DNA of 48,325 nt from a virus (lineage: Duplodnaviria > Heunggongvirae > Uroviricota > Caudoviricetes): IMG/VR virus record IMGVR_UViG_2728369182_000007; one strand, given 5' to 3'. The position numbers and the translations under genes were made by a program. The notes beneath the pieces were generated by a model. The model saw only the letters and a program-made list of their open reading frames with translations, was not told where the DNA came from and did no database searches. This document shows, one piece after another, positions 1 to 11,646 of the stretch. Each line of letters starts with the position of its first letter. Position 1 is the first letter of the stretch.

Positions 1-91
1 CACAACATCCGAGGACAGCAACACCCGATACTTTTTCCTGGCTTCCAGCAACGGGGTTTCTTCCTCCGTTGCATATACAGCTCACCTTTTT

Positions 92-385
92 TCACCCACG
101 ATTAACCAACAGCCAGACCAGCAGACACGCCACCACCGGCACAGCAAAATCCATCAGGCTTGCCACATCCCAAGCTCGCGGATCAAAACCGCCCCACCAC
201 GGCATATTCATTCGCTTGCCATGCCCGAACATTTCAATCCAGCGATATTCTGCCTGGGTATGTTCACGCGCAATGAAGAACGTACAACCGGCTATCGCTC
301 CGTAAGCCCAGTTTCCGGTAAAAAGACCAACCAGTATCTGCGCAGCCACAGCACAAAGCGCATGAAGTAAGGGGCTTATATCCAT
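92..385 (-). CDS. hypothetical small membrane protein (97 aa), last gene of tail-fibre operon
   Basis: ORF with AGGAGG 7 nt upstream of ATG at 383-385; hydrophobic N- and C-terminal segments; no family recognised. Confidence 0.45.
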   Translation of the reverse strand: MDISPLLHALCAVAAQILVGLFTGNWAYGAIAGCTFFIAREHTQAEYRWIEMFGHGKRMNMPWWGGFDPRAWDVASLMDFAVPVVACLLVWLLVNRG

Positions 386-397
386 TATTTCCTCCTT

Positions 398-676
398 TCA
401 GCTCCATTCCCGAAGCGGTGTTTCCAGCTCCACGACATAATCAGAGAATACAGAAACATCAAACAAGTCATCAAGAATGCGAATGTTGACAAAATAACCG
501 TCATTCCGGACACAGACAGGTTCTCCCTCTTCTGTTACCCCTGTTTCTGTGTAGGTGAAACCAATTTCATCGACTAACAGTTTATTCTGGAGGTCTTCAT
601 CCTCCTCCCAGTCAAGAGATGACAGGAAGGCCTTAAACTGCAGTTTGTCATGAAACTTCAAAGTTAAATCTTTCAT
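398..676 (-). CDS. hypothetical acidic protein (92 aa) immediately downstream of tail fibre; possible fibre chaperone
   Basis: ORF whose ATG overlaps the tail-fibre stop (ATGA), AAGAGG RBS; position equals tfa slot but shorter than known Tfa. Confidence 0.4.
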   Translation of the reverse strand: MKDLTLKFHDKLQFKAFLSSLDWEEDEDLQNKLLVDEIGFTYTETGVTEEGEPVCVRNDGYFVNIRILDDLFDVSVFSDYVVELETPLREWS

Positions 677-2739
677 ACGACCTCTTTTAATTGCCTGTCA
701 TTTAATTCTTTATGCCATATGCGGAAATTGCGAATATGGCCAAACAGATGTCGTTCTCCAGTATTCGTCTGCCCTCCAAATCGGATATTTTTATCAGCGG
801 TCACACCATTATATTCACAATAAACTTCATTAACCGCTTTACCATTTGTCACCACATGAAAGTGACCATCAGCTTTTGCAATACATCCAAATGTGGTTTT
901 CTCTGCAAATACATCTGTCGCTGCGCTATTAACATACAAGCCTGAAGGGTTTGACAGACTCATATATAACTTACCACTACCTCTGTTGATTGCTGCAATT
1001 GCTGATTGCCCGGTATTGGCTGCTGCTATATCCCACACGCGGGGTGCGGCGTTTGGTGCAATATCCCAGTTTTTATGAATCTCAAGTAAAAAAGTAAATG
1101 GTAACTTATAAAGATTATTTCTGGTGGGGATACTAACCAAATCACTGGCTCTTGTCGTTGCGCTGCCTCCTGAAATAATAAATGATGATACACACGGCCC
1201 ATTCTCTACTTGTGGGGTGGCAAGATAAATATAGTCACCAGATACTGTTGCCCCACCCCGCTCAGGAGAATACTGTATCTGAGAGCCTATTTTTAACTCA
1301 CCATCAATTGCCTGAATCGTTGCCTCTGCAAAAATCCAGCCTGTGGTCTTATCCTTCCTGACTCGTGCCGTAATTCTGCCGGCAGCCCCACCTGTCATAT
1401 TAATTTCAAGCGTTTGCGTATCAATGTACGCATCGCCAAGAAAAGTTGTTGCACTACCATCATACTTATCAAACCGTATACGTAACCTTACCTGTCGTTC
1501 TGTTTTAAAACGGCATGAGGTTGTCACGTACTTGTTATCGCCTGAGACATCAACTGACTTTGTTGCAGCAATTGATGCCATATTAATAGCCGAAGTTTGC
1601 CCAACCAGAGAATCGTTGCAGACAAACTTTCCATAAGTAAAACCAAAACTATCTGTCCCGGTTTCGGGCACATCCATGTTTGATGACTTCCCCCAGCTGG
1701 CTGGACTTTCCGAATTGAGCATGTAGTTCGTTCTTTGTCCCTCAATAAGCAGGCCATCACACTCAAATCGCGGCTCATTAATTTCCGCCGTTTTCAGTTC
1801 GCCAGATTTGTTGATATATGTTGCCGTTGATGCGCGACTGAAATTAACCTGTTTATCACTGGCGACCTGAACCACATCGTCACCAATAGCTATTTTTTTA
1901 TAGCCCGGAGAAAAACCCGCAATCATATCCAGTGAATCGTTAAACGGTATCCACACATCAGGCAGCGGCGGCACTATATTCGCATAGGGCTCTGCAGTCA
2001 CTTCCGCTGCGACTTCTGCGCGGTCTGCCGCCTTTTCAGCCCGTGTCGCTGCCGACAGAGCCTCATCCTTTTTCTGCCCGGCCTTTGTTGCGTCTGCTGC
2101 GGCCTCCCGCGCTTTTGTGGTGGCGACTCCGGCATTTTCAGCGGCTGACTCTGCATTACGGCGGGAAGCCTCTTCACTGTCTGCGGAGGCTTCTTCTGAC
2201 GCACGGGCATTTGTCTCTGAACGTTCTGCCGCTGTTGCTGCGTTTTGTGCGGCTGTTTTTGAAGAAGCTGCCGCTTTCGCGCTGTTACCTGCATTCGTCT
2301 CTGATGTTTTCGCCGCATTCCTGGACGATGCCGCTGCTGTTTCTGATTTCTTTGCTGCCGCTGCGCTCTGAGAGGCGGCTTCAGCGTTGCGTGCCACCTC
2401 TTCCACCATCTTTTCAAAACGATACAGTGCCTCCGGACGAACATCATCTTCTGTTGCAGCGCCCAGAAAATCATTCAATGTCCCCGGCTTAGAATCCTCA
2501 TACACGGTGATGGCCCCGGCATGTGAAGGCGGAAAACCTTCAACCAGCAGGATAACGCTGTACTGGCCATACTCGACATCCATGCTGTAACGTCCGGCTT
2601 CATCCGGATTTTCTGAGGCCACCGTGTTCACCACAACCGTGGTGCTGTTACGTTTTGCTTTGAGCTGAATGGTGCAGTTCTGTATCGGTTTTCCTGCACC
2701 GTCTTTCAGCACGCCTGAAATCTGTACTGCCATATTCAC
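673..2739 (-). CDS. stf: side tail fibre protein (Stf-like), 688 aa
   Basis: N-terminus MAVQISGVLKDGAGKPIQNCTIQLKA... closely resembles lambda Stf N-terminus as recalled; Ala/Ser-rich collagen-like repeat segment; divergent C-terminal receptor-binding part. Confidence 0.85.
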   Translation of the reverse strand: MNMAVQISGVLKDGAGKPIQNCTIQLKAKRNSTTVVVNTVASENPDEAGRYSMDVEYGQYSVILLVEGFPPSHAGAITVYEDSKPGTLNDFLGAATEDDVRPEALYRFEKMVEEVARNAEAASQSAAAAKKSETAAASSRNAAKTSETNAGNSAKAAASSKTAAQNAATAAERSETNARASEEASADSEEASRRNAESAAENAGVATTKAREAAADATKAGQKKDEALSAATRAEKAADRAEVAAEVTAEPYANIVPPLPDVWIPFNDSLDMIAGFSPGYKKIAIGDDVVQVASDKQVNFSRASTATYINKSGELKTAEINEPRFECDGLLIEGQRTNYMLNSESPASWGKSSNMDVPETGTDSFGFTYGKFVCNDSLVGQTSAINMASIAATKSVDVSGDNKYVTTSCRFKTERQVRLRIRFDKYDGSATTFLGDAYIDTQTLEINMTGGAAGRITARVRKDKTTGWIFAEATIQAIDGELKIGSQIQYSPERGGATVSGDYIYLATPQVENGPCVSSFIISGGSATTRASDLVSIPTRNNLYKLPFTFLLEIHKNWDIAPNAAPRVWDIAAANTGQSAIAAINRGSGKLYMSLSNPSGLYVNSAATDVFAEKTTFGCIAKADGHFHVVTNGKAVNEVYCEYNGVTADKNIRFGGQTNTGERHLFGHIRNFRIWHKELNDRQLKEVV

Positions 2740-2745
2740 TCCACA

Positions 2746-2772
2746 AATAAAAAAGGCGCCATTTCTGGCGCC
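2746..2772 (-). terminator. rho-independent terminator-like hairpin between J and stf
   Basis: GGCGCC-ATTTCT-GGCGCC stem-loop followed by U-tract on minus strand. Confidence 0.5.
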
Positions 2773-2791
2773 CGTATCTGGGTTATAAAAT

Positions 2792-4388
2792 TCAACTGAT
2801 ACTGATACCGGCTGTAGATTTCTTCATCACAACAACAAGAAGGTCGCTGATACTGGTCGTTGGCGTCCAGTTATTAGCACCATATGAAGAAACATTGAAA
2901 GTCAGGGTGACATGGCCGTGTCCGGCAGGCATATCAATGACTGATGAAAATACCCTGCTGACATCCGTCGCGGGTTGCTGAAAGATTTCCTGTCCGTTCT
3001 TCAGTACCTGCAGCTTACAGGTTGAATACCAGTATGACTGTTGGTTGTTGCTGTTGAAGTTTTCATGCTTACCCCCACGAAACAGAACGGGGGGGACTAC
3101 TATCTGACGGTCAAAAGCCTGGTCATCGTACACAGTGACCGTTATTGTACCGCTGGCATAACTGCCATTTCTCGGAAAGGCTTTTCCCACCGTTTTGACA
3201 ATATCACCTTCAATCTGGTTAGCTGACAGTTTTCCCAGAATCCGACAGTTCTGATTAATCGTGACGTTGTTGAGCGTCCCGGAGTTCGCGTTCACGTTAC
3301 CGCTGATATCCGCATTTTTCGCAGAAAGTCGACCATCAGGTGTCAGTGAAAACGTTGGGGGATTGCCACCGCTGGTAATGGTGGGAGCCGTCAGATATTT
3401 CAGGAACACTTCGTTCATGAATATCTGATCGCCCTGCCCAACAAACATCGGCTTTGTGTTGCCATTCGCAGGATTAATCATCGCAATCCTGTCCGCCGCC
3501 AGCAGCACCTGACTCTGCATACCGTCAGGAGTATTCTCAACACCGGCACCAATACCCGCGATATAAAGGCGTCCGTCCTGCATCTGCTGCAGCTTCACAG
3601 CCCACATGCTGTTCAGGTTATTATTTGTATCAACCTGAACCTTCTGTATCTGCTGGATCGCTGCACTCTGGTCTTCCAGTTTCTTATTGACGGTCTGCGT
3701 GATTTCATTGCTGACACCCGTAATGGACGTCCTGATTTCAGCCAGGTCAGGCGCAAGCTGACCGTTATCAATCTGCGTCCACAACTCCTGAGCCAGATGG
3801 GTTTTCCCTATCTCTCCTTTGAAAAAATTCAGATAGCCGGATGCATCATCACTCGGCTGGCCAACAGCCTCCACAAATGCCGATTTGCCAACGGTGTTCA
3901 CACTGCGGATGTAAAAATAATAATCATGGCCCGGTTTGATATTGATACTGGCGGCTATCCAGTACAGCGCCGTGCCAAGATAGCGTGCTGTGGTTTCAAC
4001 CTGCCTGATATCCGCAATCCGCTTTTCCGAGAACCAGAACTCAAACTGTACCGTCGGATCATAAACCGCAAGATGCGGCGTGGCGGTTATCTGAAAATAC
4101 CCCGGTGTCAGCTCAATCTGCGACGGCGCTGCCGGTGCGGCAATCCGGAACGATACCGATGCCGGATCGCCCTGCTGCCCCCACGCATTTACCGCCCGGA
4201 CTGTCAGCCTGTAGTTCCCCAGCGCCAGTTGCCTGAAGCGGTATGTGGTTTCCGTCGTCCGGGCCGTGCTGACCAGCCGCTCACTGCCGTCATCCGCTGC
4301 CACGGTCAGGCGAAGCATAAAGCTCACCCCCTTCACCACCTTCGGCGTGTCCCAGCGCGCCAGCACCTGATATTCCCCGCTGTCTGCG
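2792..4388 (-). CDS. J: host specificity protein J, C-terminal portion (runs into gap)
   Basis: Translation matches lambda J C-terminal region as recalled; 5' part lost in N run 4389-4466. Confidence 0.8.
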
Positions 4389-4466
4389 NNNNNNNNNNNN
4401 NNNNNNNNNNNNNNNNNNNNNNNNNNNNNNNNNNNNNNNNNNNNNNNNNNNNNNNNNNNNNNNNNN
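4389..4466. other. assembly gap (78 N)
   Basis: run of N. Confidence 1.
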
Positions 4467-5994
4467 CCCGTTATCCACGATGGCCTCTTTTTCCGGTACA
4501 TGCTGCACGGCAGTGATGGCATACGTGCCGTCATCGTTCTCACGGATACTCACACAGCGGAACAGGCGCTGGCGCAACGTTGGCAACTTCAGCCCCCACA
4601 CGCTGTATTCTGCAACGCCGTCAGGAACACGGCTCACTTTTACCTTCACGCCGTCGGTGACGGACTGGACCTCCACGCTGACCGGATTCCCCTGTCCGTC
4701 AGCCAGGCTTATCAGCGTGGTGCCGGAGGATGGCAGCGTGATTTCACGGTCGAGCGTCAGTGTCCGCGTCTGGTTGTTCACCGCCAGCACGCGCCCGCCG
4801 ATGCTGATCCCCGCATAGTCATCATCACAGATTTCAATGACATCGCCCGGTACATGGCGAAGCCCTTCTGCACCCACGCTGAAGTCCACGGTCTGCGTTT
4901 CCAGCAGCTCCGTTTTAATCAGCCACAGCCCGGCGCGGTGTGCCTGCCCCCGGCTGGTACAGCCAAAGGCATCCATCTTCGTGACGTTACGACCGTAACG
5001 GGCAATGGCCTGCGTGTCCTCCACAAGCTCTGTCGCCGTCTCCCAGCCGTTATCCGGGTCAATCCAGTTCACCTCAACGGCATTATGGCGGTCTTTCAGG
5101 GCGCTGAAGCTGTAGCGGAACGGCGCGCCATCATCCGGCATCACCACATTACTGCGGTTATAGGTCCACACCTTATCCGACGGTCGGTCCTGCACGAATG
5201 TCAGCGTCTGCCCGTTCCATACCGGCATACAGCGCATCGCCGAGCAAAAATCACTGAGCACATCCCACGCCTTGCGCTGTGTGGTCAGGTACGCATTACA
5301 GGTGATGCGCGGCTCCGTGCCGCCAAAGCCGTCCGGCACTGACTGGTCGCAATTCTGGCCGATGACATACAGCGCCCATTTATCCACATCTGCCGCACCA
5401 AGACGTTTCCCCATGCCGTAGCGCGGATGGGTCAGCATATCCCACAGACACCAGGCCATGTTGTTGCTGTATGCTGGCTTAAACGTTCCGTCCCAGATAC
5501 CGCTGTATTGCCGCGTCTGCGGGTTATAGTTCGACGGCACCTGCAGAATGCGCCCGCGAAGATGATAATTACGGCTCACCTGCTGGCTGCCGAACTGCTC
5601 CGAGTCCACCTGTACGCCGACCAGTGCCGTGTTCGGGTAGCACTGTTTCACATCGATGATTTCGGTGTATGACGACCAGAGCGTTTTGTTCTGCAACTGG
5701 TCTGTGGTGCTGTCCGGCGTCATCCTGCGCATCCGGATATTAAACGGGCGCGGCGGCAGGTTATCCACCACCACCGAGGCCAGATACTGCGACGTGGTTT
5801 TGCCCTTAATGGTGATGTCTTTTTCCGTCACCCAGCCACCGTTACGTTGAATCTGAACCAGCAGGCGGACTTCCGATGGATTCCTGTCCCCCTTTGAGGT
5901 GGTTTCCACCAGTGCCTGCACGCCGAAAGTAAAACGCAGACGGTCAATGTTTGCCGACGTGATGGTCCGGGTGATCGGCGTGTCATATTTCACT
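4467..5994 (-). CDS. J: host specificity protein J, central fragment between two gaps
   Basis: Translation ...KYDTPITRTITSANIDRLRFTFGVQALVETT... near-identical to the J copy at 6005-8143. Confidence 0.8.
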
Positions 5995-6004
5995 NNNNNN
6001 NNNN
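5995..6004. other. assembly gap (10 N)
   Basis: run of N. Confidence 1.
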
Positions 6005-8143
6005 TGCGTTAATCCGGAACGATACCGACGCCGGATCGCCCTGCTGTCCCCGGGCATTTACCGCCCGGACCGTCAGCGTGTAACGCCCCAGCGCCAGCTG
6101 CCTGAAGCGGTAAGTGGTTTCCGCCGTCCGGGCCGTGCTGACCAGCCGCTCACTGCCGTCATCCGCTGTTACGGTCAGACGGAGCAGGAAGCTCACGCCC
6201 TTCACCACCTTCGGCGTGTCCCAGCGCGCCAGCACCTGATATTCCCCGCTGTCTGCGGTGACTTCGGCAGTCAGGTGCTGCACCGCTGGCGGCGTGACAC
6301 CATTCACCGTGCCGCTCTGGTCGCCGTCAAAGTGCGCTCCGTTATCCACGATGGCCTCTTTTTCCGGTACATGCTGCACGGCGGTGATGGCATACGCACC
6401 GTCATCGTTCTCCCGGATACTCACACAGCGGAACAGGCGCTGGCGCAGCGTCGGCAGCTTCAGCCCCCACACGCTGTATTCGGCAACGCCGTCAGGAATA
6501 CGGCTCACTTTCACCTTCACGCCGTCGGTGACGGACTGGACCTCCACGCTGACCGGATTCCCACTTCCGTCAACCAGGCTTATCAGCGTGGTGCCGGAGG
6601 ATGACAGCATGATTTCACGGTCGAGCGTCAGCGTCCGGGTCTGGCTGTTCACCGCCAGCACGCGACCACCGGTGCTGATACCGGCATAGTCATCATCACA
6701 GATTTCAATGACATCGCCCGGCACATGGCGAAGCCCTTCTGCGCCGACGCTGAAATCCACGGTCTGCGTTTCCAGCAGTTCTGTTTTAATCAGCCACAGC
6801 CCGGCGCGGTGTGCCTGCCCCCGACTGGTACAGCCAAAGGCATCCATCTTCGTGACGTTACGACCGTAACGGGCAATGGCCTGCGTGTCCTCCACAAGCT
6901 CTGTCGTCGTCTCCCAGCCGTTATCCGGGTCAATCCAGTTCACCTCAACGGCATTATGGCGGTCCTTCAGGGCGCTGAAGCTGTAGCGGAACGGCGCGCC
7001 ATCATCCGGCATCACCACATTACTGCGGTTATAGGTCCACACCTTATCCGACGGTCGGTCCTGCACGAACGTCAGCGTCTGCCCGTTCCATACCGGCATA
7101 CAGCGCATCGCCGAGCAGAAATCGCTGAGAACATCCCACGCCTTACGCTGTGTGGTCAGCCAGGCATTACAGGTGATGCGCGGCTCCGTGCCGCCAAAGC
7201 CGTCCGGCACTGACTGGTCGCAGTACTGGCCGATGACATACAGCGCCCATTTATCCACATCCGCCGCACCAAGACGTTTCCCCATGCCGTAGCGCGGATG
7301 GGTCAGCATATCCCACAGACACCAGGCCATGTTGTTGCTGTATGCTGGCTTAAACGTTCCGTCCCAGATACCGCTGTATTGCCGCGTCTGCGGGTTATAG
7401 TTCGACGGCACCTGCAGAATGCGCCCGCGCAGATGATAATTACGGCTCACCTGCTGGCTGCCGAACTGCTCCGAGTCCACCTGCACGCCGACCAGTGCCG
7501 TGTTCGGGTAGCACTGTTTCACATCGATAATTTCGGTGTATGACGACCAGAGCGTTTTGTTCTGCAGCTGGTCTGTGGTGCTGTCCGGCGTCATCCTGCG
7601 CATCCGGATATTAAACGGGCGCGGCGGCAGGTTATCCACCACCACCGAGGCCAGATACTGTGAAGTGGTTTTACCCTTAATGGTGATGTCTTTTTCCGTC
7701 ACCCAGCCACCGTTACGCTGTATCTGAACCAGCAGGCGGACTTCCGACGGATTCCGGTCACCCTTTGAGGTGGTTTCCACCAGTGCCTGCACACCGAAGG
7801 TAAAGCGCAGACGGTCAATGTTTGCCGACGTGATGGTCCGGGTGATCGGCGTGTCATATTTCACTTCTGTACCGAGCACCGTCTCGGAGCCGGAGGATTC
7901 AAATCCCTCCGGCGGTGTCTGCTCCTGCTCACCGGCCCGGAACACCACCGTGACGCCGAATATATTGGTATTCCCCTCACTGTCCAGCACCGGCGTACTG
8001 TTCAGCAGCACGCTTTTTAATCCATCCACCGGACCTTCAACCGGCCCTTCGCTGATGGCGTCTATCACGCTCAGCATCTGGGATGATTTCAGGTTGTCCT
8101 TCGCTTCGCGCGGGGTATGCCCCTTACTGCTGCCTTTACCCAT
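6005..8143 (-). CDS. J: host specificity protein J, N-terminal and central part (second copy), 3' end in gap
   Basis: N-terminus MGKGSSKGHTPREAKDNLKSSQMLSVIDAISEGPVEGPVDG... typical of lambda J; ends at N run. Confidence 0.85.
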
Positions 8144-8203
8144 TCCTCATGCTCCATAAACGATAAAACCGCCCGGAGGCGGTTTCACATAAAACATTTT
8201 GCA

Positions 8204-8898
8204 TCAGCGACCAATCACCACAACCTGACCACCATCNNNNNNNNNNNNNNNNNNNNNNNNNNNNNNNNNNNNNNNNNNNNNNNNNNNNNNNNNNNNNNNN
8301 ACCCCACGCGCATTTCACCGTACAGAACCGGCAGAACATTGCCCTGGGCAACCATGTTATCCAGTGAGGAGAAATAGGTGTTCTGTTTGCCGTTATCCGT
8401 TGTCTGTGTACGGGGAGTTCTGGCTTTCGGTGCCAGCATCTGCGCCACACCACCGAGCACCATACTGGCACCGAGAGAAAACAGGATGCCGGTCATACCA
8501 CCGGCCCCAATGGCTGCCCCCCATGCTGCAAGGGTGGCTCCGGCGGTAAAGAATGATCCGGCAATGGCGGCAGCCCCCAGGACAATCTGGAATACGCCAC
8601 CTGACTTGGCCCCGGCGACTCTGGGAACAATATGAATCACAGCGCCATCAGGCAGAGTCTCATGTAACTGCGCCGTTAACCCGGACGTGCTGACGTCCCG
8701 CCCGGCAATCCGTACCTGATACCAGCCGTCGCTCAGTTTCTGACGAAACACCGGGAGCTGTGTGGCCAGTGCGCGGATGGCTTCAGCCCCCGTTTTCACA
8801 CGAAGGTCGATGCGGCGGCCAAATCGTTGTAAATCCCCGTAAAGGCAGATGCGCGCCATGCCCGGTGACGCCAGAGGGAGTGTGTGCGTCGCTGCCAT
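8204..8898 (-). CDS. I: tail assembly protein I (contains 64-N gap)
   Basis: MAATHTLPLASPGMARICLYGDLQRFGRRIDLRVKTG... lambda I-like; Gly/Ala-rich membrane segment; stop TGA at 8204-8206 after gap. Confidence 0.8.
8237..8300. other. assembly gap (64 N)
   Basis: run of N. Confidence 1.
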
Positions 8899-9539
8899 TT
8901 GTCGGTATACCTCTCTCGTTTACTCAGTTGTTCAGGAATATGGTGCAGCAGCTCGCCGTCACCACAGTAAATAGCGGCATGATTCGGCACCGATGAACCA
9001 AAGCAGCACAGCAGCACATCGCCCGGCTGCGCCGCTGACAACGGCACCTGATACAGCCCTGTGGCCTCCAGATTATCAAGATAGAGATTCTGGCCGTTAC
9101 GCCACCAGTCATCCTCACGATGAAAGTCCGGCATCTCAGTCCCCGCCAGATGGTAAGCGTCCCGGAACAGCGTGTAACAGTCCGTCACCCCGTGCTCAAA
9201 GCGCCGCCCGGTGAGATGCGGCACACAGCGGAACTTATGAATCGCCCCCCGGCAGACCAGCCACCACGGCAAATCACTCTGCACCTGCAGCCGCCGGTCG
9301 GCCTCACTCAGCCAGGGCAGACCACCGGGATGACTGTGGACCAGCGCCACAATCTCACCCTGCATCTCTGCCTGCAGCCAGTCCTCCGGAGCCATCCGGA
9401 AATACGCCTCCGGCTCACCGGAGATATTCACGCAGGGAAAATATCTTTCCCCCTCCGGCGCTCTCACCACGAAGCCGCACGACTCCGCTGGCGCACATCG
9501 CCGGGCATGCGCCAGAATCGCTGATTCTGTCTCTGTCAT
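8796..9539 (-). CDS. K: tail assembly protein K (NlpC/P60 plus JAB/MPN-like)
   Basis: 247 aa with HSHP motif and conserved Cys/His; lambda K-like; overlaps I as in lambda. Confidence 0.85.
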   Translation of the reverse strand: MTETESAILAHARRCAPAESCGFVVRAPEGERYFPCVNISGEPEAYFRMAPEDWLQAEMQGEIVALVHSHPGGLPWLSEADRRLQVQSDLPWWLVCRGAIHKFRCVPHLTGRRFEHGVTDCYTLFRDAYHLAGTEMPDFHREDDWWRNGQNLYLDNLEATGLYQVPLSAAQPGDVLLCCFGSSVPNHAAIYCGDGELLHHIPEQLSKRERYTDKWQRRTHSLWRHRAWRASAFTGIYNDLAAASTFV

Positions 9540-9544
9540 GGGAT

Positions 9545-10251
9545 TTACTGCGAAAGTTTGTTAATGGAAAGGAAGCCGCCAAAGTTGCCGACGTTATTGN
9601 NNNNNNNNNAAACTTACAGCCGCTCAGGCATTTGCTGCATTTATCCTTCGTGATATCGGAAGTCGGCTGATCATATTCATCCGCGACCGCCGGACCGTGA
9701 TAACCGCACTCATCACCGCGATAGGTCCAGGTGCAGGTATTAGCCAGCATGATGCGCCCCGGAAAAACGGCACCATCCGTTTCCGTCGGTGTGGACAGTA
9801 CAAAGGAGGCACTGACCGCACTCAGTTCGCTGCACTGCTCGATGCGCCAGCGGCTGATCACCTCCTGCTCCGGATCGGCGTCGCTGTTTCCGTTGACGAA
9901 GTTCACCGCATCCAGAAAACGGGCGTAAACCTTACGCCTGACCACCGTTCCGCCGACCAGACTCTGCAGATCTTCCACCATCCCGGTGACCATACCGTAC
10001 AGGTTAGAAACCGTCAGCGTGGGGCGCGTACTGGTGCCTTTGCCATTCAGTTCAAAACTACTCCCCTGAATGGGATACGGCTGATACTGTCGCCCCTGCC
10101 AGGTGACCGGCTCACCTTTTTCGTTCTGCTCATTACAGAAAAAATAACGTTCTCCACCGACCTCTGTCAGATCGATTTCCCAGAGCACCACGCTGGCCGA
10201 CTGCTCCGCACGGGTGCATTCATTCAATGTTTCCTGCCGGATATCCTGCAT
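9545..10251 (-). CDS. L: minor tail protein L (contains 10-N gap)
   Basis: MQDIRQETLNECTRAEQSASVVLWEIDLTEVGG... lambda L-like; C-terminal CSKCLSGCKF Cys cluster precedes gap. Confidence 0.8.
9600..9609. other. assembly gap (10 N)
   Basis: run of N. Confidence 1.
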
Positions 10252-10580
10252 CAGTTCACCACCTGTTCAAACTCTGCGCTGAACTCAACACGCAGCATAC
10301 TGACCCGCGACGACCATTTTGCGCAGGTCACCTTTATCTGCCTGTAACCATAAGGCGGCGTCCACAGAAAGGCCTTCCAGCCCCCGTGCTCAGCCAGAAA
10401 CGACTCCAGCGCCGTGGCCTCCTCACGGGAGACAGACAGCGTCACGCTGTACGTTTTCAGGTCAGCGTTCAGCCCGGCAGGCGCACGCTGGGAATAGCCA
10501 TCACCAAAGCGCACCTCCCTGACGGAAGGAGCCGATGTCACATCCATCCCGGGTTTCACTTTCCAGCGGAAGGTTTTCAT
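10251..10580 (-). CDS. M: minor tail protein M
   Basis: 109 aa MKTFRWKVKPGMDVTSAPSVREVRFGDGYSQRAPAGLNADLKTYSVTL... lambda M-like. Confidence 0.85.
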   Translation of the reverse strand: MKTFRWKVKPGMDVTSAPSVREVRFGDGYSQRAPAGLNADLKTYSVTLSVSREEATALESFLAEHGGWKAFLWTPPYGYRQIKVTCAKWSSRVSMLRVEFSAEFEQVVN

Positions 10581-11300
10581 CGTCCACCTCCGGAGAACAG
10601 ACCACCATCGCGCATCTGTGCCTGGATTTCATCACGGGCACCCTTGCGGGCCATGTCATACACCGCCTTCATCATCTGTGGACCTGGCAGACCATTCGTA
10701 CCGTCGTTCTGAATCACCACGTTGTTGTTCTGCTCAAACCTGATACCCTCTGAACGCCGCATTTGCGCCGGACTTCCGGTGCCACCGACATAACCGCCGG
10801 TGGCATAGCCGCGCATCAGCCGGTAGAGATTTCCCACGCCAATCCGGCTGGTTGCCTCCTTCGTGAAGACAAATTCACCACGGTGAACAATCCCCGCTGG
10901 CTCATATTTGCCGCCGGTTCCCGTAAATCCTCCGGTTGCAAAATGGAGTTTCGCCGCAGCGGCCTGAATGGCTGTACCGCCTGACGCGGATGCGCCGCCA
11001 CCAACAGCCCCGCCAATAGCGCTGCCGATACTCCCGACAATCCCCACCATTGCCTGCTTAAGCAGAATTTCTGTCATCATGGACAGCACGGAACGGGTGA
11101 AGCTGCGCCAGTTCTGTTCACTGCCGGTCAGCATCGCCGCCATATTCTGCGCAATACCATCAAAGGTCTGCGTGGCAGCACTTTTAACCTGCGACATACT
11201 GTCCGTGGCACTCTCTTCCCACTCACTCCAGCCGGACTTCAGGCCTGCCATCCAGTTCCCGCGAAGCAGGTCTTCAGCCGCCCAGGTCTTTTTCTGCTCT
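10577..11300 (-). CDS. H: tail tape measure protein H, C-terminal fragment (5' end in gap)
   Basis: Gly-rich C-terminal region typical of lambda H C-terminus; upstream truncated by N run. Confidence 0.75.
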
Positions 11301-11310
11301 NNNNNNNNNN
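11301..11310. other. assembly gap (10 N)
   Basis: run of N. Confidence 1.
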
Positions 11311-11586
11311 CGTACCCAGCACCGTCTCGGAGCCGGAGGATTCAAATCCCTCCGGCGGTGACTGCTCCTGCTCACCTGCCCGGAACACCACCGTGACACC
11401 GGAGATATTGGTATTCCCCTCACTGTCCAGCACTGGCGTACTGTTCAGCAGCACACTTTTTAATCCGTCCACCGGACCTTCAACCGGCCCTTCACTGATG
11501 GCGTCTATCACGCTCAGTATCTGGGATGATTTCAGGTTGTCCTTCGCTTCGCGCGGGGTATGCCCCTTACTGCTGCCTTTACCCAT
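11311..11586 (-). CDS. J: host specificity protein J, N-terminal fragment (third copy)
   Basis: MGKGSSKGHTPREAKDNLKSSQILSVIDAISEGPVEG... then gap. Confidence 0.8.
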
Positions 11587-11646
11587 TCCTCACGCTCCAG
11601 AAACGACAAAACCGCCCGCAGGCGGTTTCACATAAAACATTTTGCA

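Noticed and set aside
1998-2492. Ala-rich (2117-2371) and Arg/Gln-rich (1998-2474) ORFs
   Set aside because: Alternative-frame readings of the repetitive Ala/Ser-rich collagen-like segment of the tail fibre gene
4500-7213. Long plus-strand ORFs (e.g. 4500-5342, 6725-7213, 9697-10347, 12269-12961, 21002-21469, 22229-22885) opposite the structural genes
   Set aside because: They lie antisense to well-supported minus-strand phage genes with recognisable products and have no RBS or homologous counterpart; typical shadow ORFs of GC-rich coding DNA
5990-8143. Tandem duplication of the J gene (two to three J ORFs in a row)
   Set aside because: Each copy is bounded by N runs and they overlap in protein coordinates; better explained by unmerged contigs from near-identical prophages than by a true tandem duplication
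8117-8471. ORFs containing runs of X (e.g. 8117-8377, 8136-8471, 3797-4516)
   Set aside because: These are translations across N runs and have no biological meaning
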